Assembly: GCA_029259155.1 (NCBI GenBank)
Contig: JAPDJI010000001.1
Coordinates: 32,001-96,000 of the forward strand
Source: Candidatus Methanomethylicia archaeon
GTDB taxonomy: Archaea; Thermoproteota; Methanomethylicia; Nezhaarchaeales; B40-G2
Direction of reading: 5' to 3'
DNA length: 64,000 bases
The notes under the pieces are model-generated. The model searched no databases and had not been told where the DNA came from. It saw only the letters and a list, made by a program, of their open reading frames with translations. Below are positions 36,974-46,791 of the stretch, piece after piece (the stretch's first letter is position 1; the number at the start of each line of letters is the position of its first letter). The position numbers and the translations under genes are program-made.

Positions 36974-38482
36974 TTAATAATGCTTTAGACCATGTTTCCT
37001 GGCTTCCTCCATCCTTGCGTTAAACTCCTCCCACGTCATAGCGAAACGTCTTTCGATGGAGGGGCGATGGATGGTGTTCATGGAGCAGAATGGTATTATC
37101 CTGCCGTCAGGGATGCCGTAGTGTATTACACAGCGCTGTACGCGTTCGAGGTCAAAGTTATAAGCGTCCATGAAATGCATGGACGCTATCAAGATAGCGT
37201 TGAAGTGGAAGTCCCGTAGTGACTCGTAGGTCCCGGTCTTCAGTATAGGCCATATAAGCCTTCTCAACAACCCCCACTTTACGTGTCGGAGGGAGGATAG
37301 GAGCCTCATCTTAGCCCTAAGTTTATGTCCCTGCTTAGCCTGCTCGTAGGCTTGCTCCATCTTCTTCATAAAAGCCTCCACGTTGACCTTCCTGGTGATG
37401 GGAATCATCTTTTCTCCGCTCTCCTCGATGAATATATACGTGGCCATACCGCAGTGGGGATGCGCTGTGAACTCGGCGCCGTAACGATGGTTTTTGAGGG
37501 CGCCTATTGCTTTAGGTATGGGGACAACGAAGGGGACGGGGTACCAGTCACTAGTTTTTATCTGTCCGCCGGTCTGCTCTTCGGCCAGCTTCATGAGGTC
37601 TGGTATGGTTATGCGCATTTGTCTTAATTGCATCTTATCTATCCTGCCACATATTGAGACCGGCTGGAAGTTTACGCATCTAATTACATCGGCGTTCTTG
37701 GCTGCGAACTTTATGATATCCCCTACCTGGTGGTCGTTGACCCCTCTCACTAGCGTTGGCACCAATACGACAGCGTCGAAGCCTATTTTCCTACAGTTCT
37801 CTATAACCTTCTTCTTCACCTCTAAGAGGTCTACCCCTCTTGTCTTAATGTAGACGTCGCTAGTCACGCCGTCAAACTGGAGGTATATGGCATTAGCTCC
37901 AGCGTCCACCAGTTCACGGCAGTAGTCTAGGCTTTGAGCAAGTTTGATTCCATTGGTGTTGACTTCGATGTGATGAAAACCTGCTTTATCGGCGTACTCT
38001 ATGAGTTCAGGAAGGTCTTCACGAACGGTGGGTTCTCCACCGCTAAATTGAAGTCCTGGAGGCTTAGCGGGTTCATTGGAGCGCAGATTATCTATTATCT
38101 GCTTTATTTCTTCTGAGGAGGGTTCATACACATAGCCAGCCGCTCCAGCGTTAGCGAAGCAGATGGGGCACCTCAAGTTACATCTATTAGTCACATCTAT
38201 GATCGCCAACACGGTGAAGGACTTATGCTCATTACATATCCCACAGTCGAAGGGGCAACCCTTCTCTCGCTTAGTTCTCGGATTGGCCAGCCCATCCCCC
38301 ACATGCTCGAATTGGAGTACCCTCATGTATTCCTCATAGCTTGACCAATAAACATCCTCGAACTCTCCGTGTTCCGGACACGTCTTAGAGATGTAGACGA
38401 CTCCTCCCTTCTCGTATACCTTAGCGTCTATGACTCTAAGGCACTCAGGACATAAGCTCTTAGTGTCCTTTAGGTGTTTCAA
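36974..38482 (-). CDS. tes: Tetraether lipid synthase (radical SAM, Tes/GDGT-MAS family)
   Basis: N-terminal SLCPEC...CPEHG, GCPFDCGIC..H, TNRCNLRCPICFA, QFSGGEPT, FTAHPHCG.ATY, MHFMD.YN.D..RV.RC.IHY..PDGRIIPFC. Confidence 0.85.
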   Translation of the reverse strand: MKHLKDTKSLCPECLRVIDAKVYEKGGVVYISKTCPEHGEFEDVYWSSYEEYMRVLQFEHVGDGLANPRTKREKGCPFDCGICNEHKSFTVLAIIDVTNRCNLRCPICFANAGAAGYVYEPSSEEIKQIIDNLRSNEPAKPPGLQFSGGEPTVREDLPELIEYADKAGFHHIEVNTNGIKLAQSLDYCRELVDAGANAIYLQFDGVTSDVYIKTRGVDLLEVKKKVIENCRKIGFDAVVLVPTLVRGVNDHQVGDIIKFAAKNADVIRCVNFQPVSICGRIDKMQLRQMRITIPDLMKLAEEQTGGQIKTSDWYPVPFVVPIPKAIGALKNHRYGAEFTAHPHCGMATYIFIEESGEKMIPITRKVNVEAFMKKMEQAYEQAKQGHKLRAKMRLLSSLRHVKWGLLRRLIWPILKTGTYESLRDFHFNAILIASMHFMDAYNFDLERVQRCVIHYGIPDGRIIPFCSMNTIHRPSIERRFAMTWEEFNARMEEARKHGLKHY

Positions 38483-38604
38483 GGCACATCGCCGTTGTCG
38501 ACTGAACGTTATATCCCTTCACGCCTCGTTATAACGCTTACCCCAAGCTCGCCTTCCCTTAACCTTTTAAAGCCTCTCTACCTCTATGATTAAATGGTGC
38601 AACT

Positions 38605-39045
38605 ATGAGCATAAATTTGCGGTATATGTCAAAGAAAGGCGTGGAGAAGAGCGTTAGAGCCCCCATTGAAACCTACGAGTACTTGTTGAGCAATAGAGGT
38701 CGCTGGGAAGTGTTGATAGCGGACGAGGAAAAAGAAGTAAGAGCTGGGCTTTGTCATCTAGTAAAGATTAAGCCTATTGAGCTACATCCGGAAGAAATAG
38801 TGTTACCATGCCCAACAAATAGACATGTATTGGGATCGGTGATTTCGGTAGGTAGGAGTGCTGGTAGGGTTCAACGTGTTGAAGAGAGGAGGAAGTTCGA
38901 CGTAGCTATTTTCGCTGCGGTGAGAGATGGCACCATTTACGCGGGGGATAATATAGGGGTACTTAACGTGTTCCCGCAGGCTACGTTAATCTCGAGGGTT
39001 GTTCCGCCTCCAGGCTTCCGTAGCCCTCCTCCGCCTTATAGGTAA
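38605..39045 (+). CDS. DUF22 family protein
   Basis: GRWE.LIADE...V.AG....VKIKPI, RH.LGSVI, VEE.R, DG.I..GD.IGVLNVF. Confidence 0.7.
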   Translation: MSINLRYMSKKGVEKSVRAPIETYEYLLSNRGRWEVLIADEEKEVRAGLCHLVKIKPIELHPEEIVLPCPTNRHVLGSVISVGRSAGRVQRVEERRKFDVAIFAAVRDGTIYAGDNIGVLNVFPQATLISRVVPPPGFRSPPPPYR

Positions 39046-39051
39046 ACGTTA

Positions 39052-39363
39052 CTAAATACTGCTTCTTTTTACCCCTATCGCGAGGCCTATTAAGAAATTG
39101 ATAGACCCTAAGAGCAGCCCGATTCCATAGAGATCAGCGCCTAAAGGATTCATTAGTGACGACTGTATCAGCTGAACTAGTTCTGTTAGTCTCTCGCTTC
39201 TCAACTCGAAGATGCCAATGCTTAATGATAGGTAAGTTAAAAGGATGGTTAGAGATAGAGCAGTGATGACTGACCCTAGTTTTCTCTTAAAAAGGAATCC
39301 TAAGGTAAAGCCCACCGCTCCAGCCACGATAACGTAAATTACCGGCGTAATGGAGGCATCCAT
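39052..39363 (-). CDS. Small integral membrane protein (FUN14-like)
   Basis: Three hydrophobic segments, GAVGFTLGFLFKR, C-terminal GLAIG.K. Confidence 0.6.
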   Translation of the reverse strand: MDASITPVIYVIVAGAVGFTLGFLFKRKLGSVITALSLTILLTYLSLSIGIFELRSERLTELVQLIQSSLMNPLGADLYGIGLLLGSINFLIGLAIGVKRSSI

Positions 39364-39884
39364 TCATAACACCTCCAGCTTACTGCATCTTCAACTCGAC
39401 GCTCGTGCACGGGTTCATGGCTGGGCTTAAGCTTATCAAGGAGATCGCTATACTTTGACTTTAACTTCACTATTTCCTTAAGGTCCTTAAAGGTGAGGAG
39501 CCATATCTGATCGTCAACTTCATGAAAGCTTCCCTTTAAAAGCCTTGAAGCTTCTTCAACCTCCTTAACATCAGAAATGTAAAAACCCTTGGCTTTCCAA
39601 AGATCAAAGGCGTGCTTAAGCCCAGCCATGGCCTCTAAAGGTTCTCCTTTGCGTACGATGAACACATGTGTAGGTTTTCCATCGATCTCTCTCCTCCAGG
39701 CAATATCGTATTGAAAACCATCATTCTTTAATCCTTCACTAACAGCTAGGCCCTGCTCTTCTCCTAGCTTTCTTATGAATCCAAGCAGCTTTCTTCGCTC
39801 ACTTTTGCGTAAAACTTCTCCTAGTAGAATTATCGACGCTACTGAGGTTACGAACGCTGCTATGAGAGATACTAGATCAGGCAA
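39339..39884 (-). CDS. Hypothetical protein: N-terminal TM plus degenerate PD-(D/E)XK-like domain
   Basis: YDIAWRR...PTHVFIV...L..LKHAFDLW. Confidence 0.55.
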   Translation of the reverse strand: MPDLVSLIAAFVTSVASIILLGEVLRKSERRKLLGFIRKLGEEQGLAVSEGLKNDGFQYDIAWRREIDGKPTHVFIVRKGEPLEAMAGLKHAFDLWKAKGFYISDVKEVEEASRLLKGSFHEVDDQIWLLTFKDLKEIVKLKSKYSDLLDKLKPSHEPVHERRVEDAVSWRCYEWMPPLRR

Positions 39885-40040
39885 GCCTAGCCCTCGCTAA
39901 GGACTGGCGTCGCTCTTAGCCTATTACACCTTGTAGTCTCCAAGTATTCTCTAGCTCTTCCAGGAATATTCCTAGACCTTCCCGGCGCTTATTCTTATTT
40001 ACAATTTTGTTTAAAATTAAACCTCTTTTTCTAGAAGTTT

Positions 40041-41102
40041 TTAAGTTAATTTTTTTAAAAGAGGCTTGATGTAATCGTAACCCTTAGCTTCAGGTGAGCC
40101 TACTAACACCCTAAAGTAGCTTCCACCTGCTCTATCTTCAACTCTCTCTAGCTTTCCTCTAACCATTATTCTCTCTCTAGGCTCAGCTATGTCAATGTAT
40201 AAACCCTCGTAGCTGACAACTTCAACGATGTCCTCAGCCTCTCTTGGGCCATTTGTTACTTCCACGTCCTTCACGGTGTAGACTGCTGGCATGAAAAGAG
40301 CTTCCTGGTTATCAGCTACTGTAGCTTTCAACTCTACTACTCCAAGCCCCTTGAAAACTCTGTCCTCAAACCTACCTTTTACCTCTTCCTCGACTTTAAC
40401 TGGATGAACGGAGAAATCTCTTCCCCTAAACATCCCCCTATTCCATTTCCTCATCGTAAGCTCGAACGCCTCTTCCCTGGTAAGGTGAAAGATCTTAACG
40501 CGTCTCTCTAATAATGCTTCAAGCTTAGCTCCTTCAACCCTCTTTAGGACATCTCCCTCCCTGTAGAGCTCCCTTAAAGTCTCCTTCACCCTCAGGGCGT
40601 TATTCCTTCCATAAACCACAAGGTCCACATCGGAGAACTCAGGCCTATGTATGTCCACTAGTATAGAACCTGTTACTCCGAAGTTATTAAGAGAGATACC
40701 TGCTTGACCAGCTATGTATTCGGCTAGCTCTAAAGCTAGGCTTTCCAGCTCGTCTCTGCTCTCCTCTCTAAGATTAGCTAGCCTCTCCTCAGGCTTGAAG
40801 TGTTGTTTAATGTAATTTAACGGTACTGCTGAGATCTTGATCCCCATGAAGGGACAGTCGTAGACGTAGTGGGGGTATTGCTGTTCAAGTAGCTGGATGG
40901 TGTTTAAAAGGGATGGTATGTCGTAGTAGGGCATCATCCTGCTATACTTGACCTTGTTACCCCAGAGCCCTGAACTACTCGGGGCATACTTCAAGTATGC
41001 TATGACCCTATCTTGGGGATGTAGGTTAGAGACTACCGTGAAGAACAATCCTTCCACTGTCTCCACATAGTCTCTATCCCTAAACCACCTCACGGCCTTC
41101 AC
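40041..41102 (-). CDS. Predicted nucleotidyltransferase (COG1665-like), copy A
   Basis: D.VET.EGL.F.V...HP..R..AYLKY.P, GVTGSIL......SDVDLVVYG, E.I.VRGKLE.V. Confidence 0.8.
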   Translation of the reverse strand: MKAVRWFRDRDYVETVEGLFFTVVSNLHPQDRVIAYLKYAPSSSGLWGNKVKYSRMMPYYDIPSLLNTIQLLEQQYPHYVYDCPFMGIKISAVPLNYIKQHFKPEERLANLREESRDELESLALELAEYIAGQAGISLNNFGVTGSILVDIHRPEFSDVDLVVYGRNNALRVKETLRELYREGDVLKRVEGAKLEALLERRVKIFHLTREEAFELTMRKWNRGMFRGRDFSVHPVKVEEEVKGRFEDRVFKGLGVVELKATVADNQEALFMPAVYTVKDVEVTNGPREAEDIVEVVSYEGLYIDIAEPRERIMVRGKLERVEDRAGGSYFRVLVGSPEAKGYDYIKPLLKKLT

Positions 41103-41174
41103 CTTAGGGTAGCCTTAATAGCTTCTCGAGGGTAGAAATAGTCAGCGGTTATAAAGGATGTGTGGATGGCGCTC

Positions 41175-41879
41175 ATGTCTAGGAGAGGGATTAGTAGTGA
41201 GCGTATCGCGCGCGGTGTATTGGAGAGAATGGGCTTCAAGGTTCTAAGCTCAAGGCAGAGGATAATCACTCAAGGGATTGAAGTGGGTGAAGTTGATTTA
41301 GTGGCTGAAAGTCCTGAAGGAGAGAAGTACTCTGTAGAGGTGAAGGCTGGTAGAGCTAGTGTAACAGATGTCCGTCAAGCATACTCTAACGCTAAGCTAC
41401 TAGGCTTAAAACCTATGTTAATATGTAAGGGCTATAGCGACGCGGCAGCTGAGGTGGTTGCTAAAGAGCTAGGCGTTGAGGTCATAGAACTACCTCAATT
41501 TTACTTGCTTCTTGAAGCTGAAGATTTGGAGACCGTGGTTAGGCAGGCGGTGATGGATGCGTTGGAGGACTACGAAGCGCCTATGGTACATATCAAGGTG
41601 GAGGCCGATGAGCTTAAAGCGTTAAAGGCGCTTGCTTCGGCCTCCTCTTGGGAGGAAGCAGCTAACCTCGTAGGCGGTCATGAGAAGCTTGAAGTTTGCG
41701 TCTCAAGGCTTAAGTCTAAAGGTGTGCTTAAACCTGCAAGAGGGTTTAAGGGGATTAGACGCCAAGCATCGAGAGCACTAAGCTACTTAATGCTGAATTA
41801 TAGGCTTAAGAGGGTGGAGAAGGCTCTAAAGCGTCTGTTAAGATCCCTTAATCATCCACAGCCAACAAGTAATCGTTAG
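41175..41879 (+). CDS. PD-(D/E)XK restriction-endonuclease-like protein (Mrr/YraN-like)
   Basis: SERIA..VLE..GF, GEVDLVAE, YSVEVKAG, VRQAY. Confidence 0.75.
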   Translation: MSRRGISSERIARGVLERMGFKVLSSRQRIITQGIEVGEVDLVAESPEGEKYSVEVKAGRASVTDVRQAYSNAKLLGLKPMLICKGYSDAAAEVVAKELGVEVIELPQFYLLLEAEDLETVVRQAVMDALEDYEAPMVHIKVEADELKALKALASASSWEEAANLVGGHEKLEVCVSRLKSKGVLKPARGFKGIRRQASRALSYLMLNYRLKRVEKALKRLLRSLNHPQPTSNR

Positions 41880-42864
41880 GATCTCCTCCAAGCAGTAGCC
41901 TATAATGTGTCTCACCGTTTCTATCTGTAACCATCTCTAACTTGCCTCTCGCGGCGACTAAATCTCCTTCGTAAGCTTGTTCACAGAACCTTCCCCTGAA
42001 AGAGGTTATCTCGGTGAGCTTTTCTACACTTCGGCCTTCAAGGAACCTGACTTCGTTAACTATGTAGGTGCAAGGAGTAAAGATAGCGTCGCTAGCATCC
42101 ACCACCCTTGCCACGATCTCTGCTCTACCCATTGGTTTGTATCTTCTATCTCCGTAGCGCTCCTCTACTTCTTCAGGATCCTTAATGAACCTTACGAAGA
42201 ACTCTCTATCTTTAAACTTGGCTTGGATAACCTTCCTACCTTCTTGTTCTATAAACTTCTCAAGCGATACCTTCGCTTCACGTTCCCCATAAAGTCTCTT
42301 GAGCTCCTCTACGCTTAGTCTAGCTAGTCCTGCCTCCTGTTTCTCTAGGAGCTCCTGTAAGACGCCATGTACCCTGAAGCAGTTCTTTGAGCCGTATACC
42401 ACGAAATCTATATCAGAGTTTTCAGTGGTCAACTGCACTAGAATAGACCCTGAGATACCTAAGCTACTTGAAGGGACATTGGCTCTATCCCTTAATAGCT
42501 CGATTAGCTCTAAGGCGTCTCTCTCAAGCGGATTAAGCTCTTCTCTCTGCTTAACCATCCTGGCGACAGCTTCGCGAGGGCTATATACTTTAGCTATGTT
42601 ACGATACGGTACGCCCTGCACCACCTCGTTGAATACTTCATCATAGAATATGTACTGTGGATAACGTTCCTTGAGCGCGTTGAACTGTTCCTCAAACTTG
42701 TACACCCTGGTATACCTAATTCCTCCTCTCTGTCTTTCTCCTTGAGGTGTAGGTAAGTAGCGTAAGTAAGCTATCACTGCCTGAGGTGGATGAAGGTATC
42801 CTTTCACTGTGAAGATGAGGCTTTCAAAAGTCTCGACGTAGTATCCTTCAATCAACCTCTCCAT
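41848..42864 (-). CDS. Predicted nucleotidyltransferase (COG1665-like), copy B
   Basis: YVET...IFTVKG.LHP....AYLRY.P, GISGSIL......SDIDFVVYG, SFRGRFCEQA..GD.V.ARGKLE. Confidence 0.8.
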   Translation of the reverse strand: MERLIEGYYVETFESLIFTVKGYLHPPQAVIAYLRYLPTPQGERQRGGIRYTRVYKFEEQFNALKERYPQYIFYDEVFNEVVQGVPYRNIAKVYSPREAVARMVKQREELNPLERDALELIELLRDRANVPSSSLGISGSILVQLTTENSDIDFVVYGSKNCFRVHGVLQELLEKQEAGLARLSVEELKRLYGEREAKVSLEKFIEQEGRKVIQAKFKDREFFVRFIKDPEEVEERYGDRRYKPMGRAEIVARVVDASDAIFTPCTYIVNEVRFLEGRSVEKLTEITSFRGRFCEQAYEGDLVAARGKLEMVTDRNGETHYRLLLGGDPNDYLLAVDD

Positions 42865-42885
42865 CGCAATTGACCTCCTCCCTAC

Positions 42886-43893
42886 TTAAGGCCTAATACC
42901 GCATAATATGGCCACAAATAAGCATGTGGCTGTTAAATCGGCTGTAGACCCTGGATTTAGGATTCCTCCGGCTTTCTTCAGTTCTCTATCCATTCTCTTC
43001 AGCTCTCTTCTCCCCTCCTCCGATAAGGCTCCGCCCAGCTTCAAGACCTCCTGCGCTCTCCTCATCACCTCCTCCGCCTTTACCATCCCTACCTCCACTG
43101 CCTCCGGGAGTTTGAGGTTTAAGGAAGCTCCGACGTTCCTAGCTATGAAGGTGTCTGGTTTAGAAGCCAGTAGCTTAAGGTAGGTTTGAACCGTTGCCAA
43201 GTTTATGTCCTTAGCCTCTCCGTACACTTTGAGGAACTCAGGTAGCGCTATTGTGAAGGTGGCTTCAAAGCCTCTTGAAAGCTCCCAAGCTACGTTATCC
43301 CATCTCTCCGCCTCCTTCATAACGTCTAGGAGGGTTAACCCCTCATTGATTATGGAGTCTCGGTAGCTTGGATCTTTAATGTCGGGGGCCTTAGTTGAAG
43401 ATACTTCACTAAGTCCTGAAGGATTAGCTATGATTATGGCTTCATAGACCTCGACGGCGTCTAAGCTCGTGGTGTTCTTCATAACCTCAGCTGCGCTATT
43501 TCTAAGCCTCTCGGGCGTCAACGTACCGTACCTTGCATAAGTAAAGCCAGCAGCGACGGCTAAAGGTATAAAGAGGAGAGCTATTCCTAAGTGAGTGTTT
43601 CCTCCTCTATGCCATGATTTCACGTCTAAGACTGCCTTTTTAATTAGCCTTCCAACCTTAACCTCATCTTCTCTTATCTGGAAGAGGCCCAAAGAGCCTC
43701 CTAGAACTGCGGCCTCTCTAAGGGCTGGTCCCATAGCTATGGATCCTGCTATGAAATGTTCAAAGTGTTTATGAGGGTAGTCAGAGAATCTATGAACGTT
43801 GCCTGGCTTAGGCCAAGCTGAGACCTCTAAAGCTGCGGCAAGCTGCCCTGCCCTCATAACTTCATCAGCGTAGGCAGCAACGCTATGTTCCAA
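42886..43893 (-). CDS. citG: CitG-family triphosphoribosyl-dephospho-CoA synthase homolog
   Basis: LEVSAWPKPGNVHR, NTHLGI.LL..PL, PDTFIAR, NPGSTADL. Confidence 0.88.
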   Translation of the reverse strand: MEHSVAAYADEVMRAGQLAAALEVSAWPKPGNVHRFSDYPHKHFEHFIAGSIAMGPALREAAVLGGSLGLFQIREDEVKVGRLIKKAVLDVKSWHRGGNTHLGIALLFIPLAVAAGFTYARYGTLTPERLRNSAAEVMKNTTSLDAVEVYEAIIIANPSGLSEVSSTKAPDIKDPSYRDSIINEGLTLLDVMKEAERWDNVAWELSRGFEATFTIALPEFLKVYGEAKDINLATVQTYLKLLASKPDTFIARNVGASLNLKLPEAVEVGMVKAEEVMRRAQEVLKLGGALSEEGRRELKRMDRELKKAGGILNPGSTADLTATCLFVAILCGIRP

Positions 43894-43938
43894 GCCCTAT
43901 ACCCTCCACCTGGACCTTCTCTTCCCCCTAATATCAGG

Positions 43939-44574
43939 CTATGCCTTAAAGTACCAGGCCTCAACTTTCCGCTTAATTTCCTCTGCTAATAGCGTGTACG
44001 TGGAGCTTGGGGCAACTCGTTTAACGAGGTTTACATAGTAATCTACTAACTCCAGGAGCGTTTCCGCCTTGTTCTTTAAGCCCTTAGCTGTGAACTCTTT
44101 GACCCTAGTGGCGTGAATAAGGGCCTCTATAACTGCTGGCTTAGCTCTACAATAGGCTGAAGGATAGATAAGATTAGCCTCTACATGTATTGGTTTACAT
44201 TCTACTCGTGCTCTATCATTATCTTCTGCCAGGTGGGTTACCTTAGCCTCTACGTAGGCTTGAGCCCCCTTGATCCTTGGGGGCTTAACTGTCCTAGCCT
44301 CCTCAAAGATGAGCTTAGGCTCTTCGAGCTTGAGGGCGGTAATGGCGAAGATAGCTGGGTCATCGGTCACGTTAAGCACTACCTCCATGGTTGAAGCCAG
44401 GTTACGGTAGGTCCTAGAGGTTTTAAAGGGTCTAAGCACCATCAGACCTCCCTCTACCGTCACACCCATGGGTGCAGCGTTAGGCCTCCCTTCACGGTCA
44501 ACGGTTGAGGCTACCACCTCGACTATTACCCCTTCAATGAACCCCAGCGAGCTTAATTCGACCAAGCTACCCAA
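43939..44574 (-). CDS. DUF447 family protein
   Basis: EVVAST......NAAPMGV, F..S.TY.NL, NVTDDP..F, RA..AVIEA.IHATR. Confidence 0.85.
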   Translation of the reverse strand: MGSLVELSSLGFIEGVIVEVVASTVDREGRPNAAPMGVTVEGGLMVLRPFKTSRTYRNLASTMEVVLNVTDDPAIFAITALKLEEPKLIFEEARTVKPPRIKGAQAYVEAKVTHLAEDNDRARVECKPIHVEANLIYPSAYCRAKPAVIEALIHATRVKEFTAKGLKNKAETLLELVDYYVNLVKRVAPSSTYTLLAEEIKRKVEAWYFKA

Positions 44575-44623
44575 CCATTCACATATATAGGGCTCCTGCC
44601 TTTAAAGCGCCAGGGGTCTTTAT

Positions 44624-45565
44624 TTGCCTCTACCTGACATCCACCGTACTAGGCCTGCTGTAGCGATGCCTTTGAGGAAGGTGGGGATAAAGGGCATTAG
44701 AATGCCCATAAGCTTCACGAGGCTAGGTTCTAAGCGTGTTCTGTTAGTGCCTTCGTTTGACGTGTTTATAGACCTCCCTCCGGACCGCAAAGGTATAGAT
44801 GCTTCTAGGAGCTATGAAGCAGTGGCGGACGTTTTCAGCATGTTTGCGAAGAGGACTTATAGGCTTGAGGATCTATGCGCCCTGATAGCTAATGAACTGT
44901 TGAATAGACATGAATACGCCACGAGGGCAGAGGTAAAGGCTAGGGCAGGGGCTGTAGTGGAGCGTACAACACCTAAAAGCAGTATTTCTACCTTTGAACC
45001 TTACAAGGTTTATGCTAAGGCTGTGTCTAGGCTTATTGAAGGCTCTGTTCATACCTACAGAATGGTGGGGGTTAAGGTAGTAGGCGTAACTGCTTGTCCA
45101 TGTGTCATGGAGGGTATTAAGGAGCTTTCAAAGACGGAACTAGCTGAGGCCTTAGGAATCCACGGCTTAGACCCTAAGCTACTAGATGTTCTCCCCATAG
45201 CTACACACATGCAAAGAAGCGAAGGGTTCTTGTTAATGGATTCTCCTGAAGGATATGATGTGGACGTCTCTAAGCTAATAGATATCGTGGAGGGGGCCAT
45301 GAGCGCCCCTACCTACGAGTTGCTTAAGAGAGTGGATGAGGTAGAAATAGTGTTAAGGGCGGTGAGCAACGCTAGGTTTGTGGAGGACTCCATTAGGTTC
45401 ATGGCCAAGGGCTTAGTGGAGACCTTCAAGGAATTACCGGATGAAACCAAGGTTCTACTGGCTCAGCGTAGCGAGGAGAGCATACATAAGCATGATATGG
45501 TGGCTATAAGGAAGGCTACGCTGGGGGGTCTTCGGAGAGAGCTCTTCTCACTCAACGAGGAGTAG
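44624..45565 (+). CDS. mptA: GTP cyclohydrolase MptA (FolE2 family)
   Basis: LPDIH, KVGI, DLP..RKGI..SR, TACPC, THMQRS, LLKR.DE, FVED.IR, ESIHKHD. Confidence 0.9.
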   Translation: MPLPDIHRTRPAVAMPLRKVGIKGIRMPISFTRLGSKRVLLVPSFDVFIDLPPDRKGIDASRSYEAVADVFSMFAKRTYRLEDLCALIANELLNRHEYATRAEVKARAGAVVERTTPKSSISTFEPYKVYAKAVSRLIEGSVHTYRMVGVKVVGVTACPCVMEGIKELSKTELAEALGIHGLDPKLLDVLPIATHMQRSEGFLLMDSPEGYDVDVSKLIDIVEGAMSAPTYELLKRVDEVEIVLRAVSNARFVEDSIRFMAKGLVETFKELPDETKVLLAQRSEESIHKHDMVAIRKATLGGLRRELFSLNEE

Positions 45566-45571
45566 CTGACC

Positions 45572-46357
45572 TTGTTCAGGGTCGGCTTGGAAGAATGGCT
45601 TCCCGTCTATCGAGACATAGCTGAAAAGCTAAGGATAGATACAGGCCGTGACCGTTACGCTACAAGGCTTCTAAGCGAGCTCTTAGCTGGTAAGAGTGCG
45701 AAGGTGGAGGAGTTAGAAGCTAAGCTTCTAGGTAAACCTGTAGTAGTTTTCGGTGCTGGTCCTTCGCTTGAGAAATATTTAAGGGAGGAGGCCTTAGATT
45801 TCCTTCGCTCAAAGTGCATTTTCATAGCTGCTGATGGCGCTACCACCGCCCTTATGGAACGTGGTTTTAACCCTGACGTTATATGCACCGATCTCGACGG
45901 TAGGGTTGAGGACCAGCTGGAGGCTAATATAAGGGGGGCATTGCTAGTGGTTCATGCTCATGGTGATAACATCAACGCCCTACTCAACTATGTTCCCCTC
46001 TTTCACGCTCCTGTCCTGGGCTCTACGCAGGTTGAACCGGCTTTAAGGGTCTATAACTTCGGCGGCTTTACTGACGGCGATCGCTGCGCTTTTCTAGCTG
46101 AGTGGTGCGGGGCTAGCTTAATAGCGATGATAGGCATGGACCTTGGACGTATAGTAGGTAAATATTCTAAGCCCTGGCTTCAGGCCTCGGCGGAAGCAAG
46201 CCAAAGCAAGGCGTTGAAGCTATCCATTGCGGGTCAGCTTCTAGAGTGGTTAGCCTCTAAGGCTGAAGCCCCCCTAGTGCTGGTTGGGGGGGATAGAGAG
46301 CTTAGAGGAATAAGTAAGGTAAGCCTTGAGGAACTAGCCAGCATCGTGGAAGGCTAA
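45572..46357 (+). CDS. mptE: 6-hydroxymethyl-7,8-dihydropterin pyrophosphokinase
   Basis: GAGPSL, IAADGAT, TDLDG, VHAHGDN, NFGGFTDGDR, GKYSK. Confidence 0.92.
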   Translation: MFRVGLEEWLPVYRDIAEKLRIDTGRDRYATRLLSELLAGKSAKVEELEAKLLGKPVVVFGAGPSLEKYLREEALDFLRSKCIFIAADGATTALMERGFNPDVICTDLDGRVEDQLEANIRGALLVVHAHGDNINALLNYVPLFHAPVLGSTQVEPALRVYNFGGFTDGDRCAFLAEWCGASLIAMIGMDLGRIVGKYSKPWLQASAEASQSKALKLSIAGQLLEWLASKAEAPLVLVGGDRELRGISKVSLEELASIVEG

Positions 46358-46386
46358 ATTTAAGACTTCTCTCCTTCAGCAGTAGC

Positions 46387-46791
46387 TTGGAGCTGAGGAG
46401 CTTGGAGGATCCTGCTAAGCCCTACTTTTATCAAGGACTAACCGATAGGGAAAGAGCGGTCTTCGAGGGAGCTATAGCTTTAGCCACCATATACCATCAA
46501 TTCGTGGGCACTCCCGTATCGAGGAGTCGCAAGGTTATAAGGTCCTTGGAGAGGGCTATCGAACGTTCCATCTTGTTGCAGCCTTTTAAGGAAAAGGTGG
46601 AAGTTAGAATTATCCCTAAAAGACCGAAGAGCGGCAAGGGCCCTTATGCTTATTTCTCTTTAACGGGAGAGATGTTGGAGGTTAAAGTCGTAGCTAAGTA
46701 TGGTAAAGCCAGAGCATACGTGGCTATGCGTTTTATCCCTGAGCTGGGCTACCCATTAATGTACGTGGAAAAGGTGGAGGAGAACGAATGA
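46387..46791 (+). CDS. mptD: Archaeal dihydroneopterin aldolase
   Basis: TDRERAVFE.AI.L..IYHQFVGTPV, LERAIE.SI..QP, Y.SL.G.ML, ELGYPLMYV. Confidence 0.92.
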   Translation: MELRSLEDPAKPYFYQGLTDRERAVFEGAIALATIYHQFVGTPVSRSRKVIRSLERAIERSILLQPFKEKVEVRIIPKRPKSGKGPYAYFSLTGEMLEVKVVAKYGKARAYVAMRFIPELGYPLMYVEKVEENE

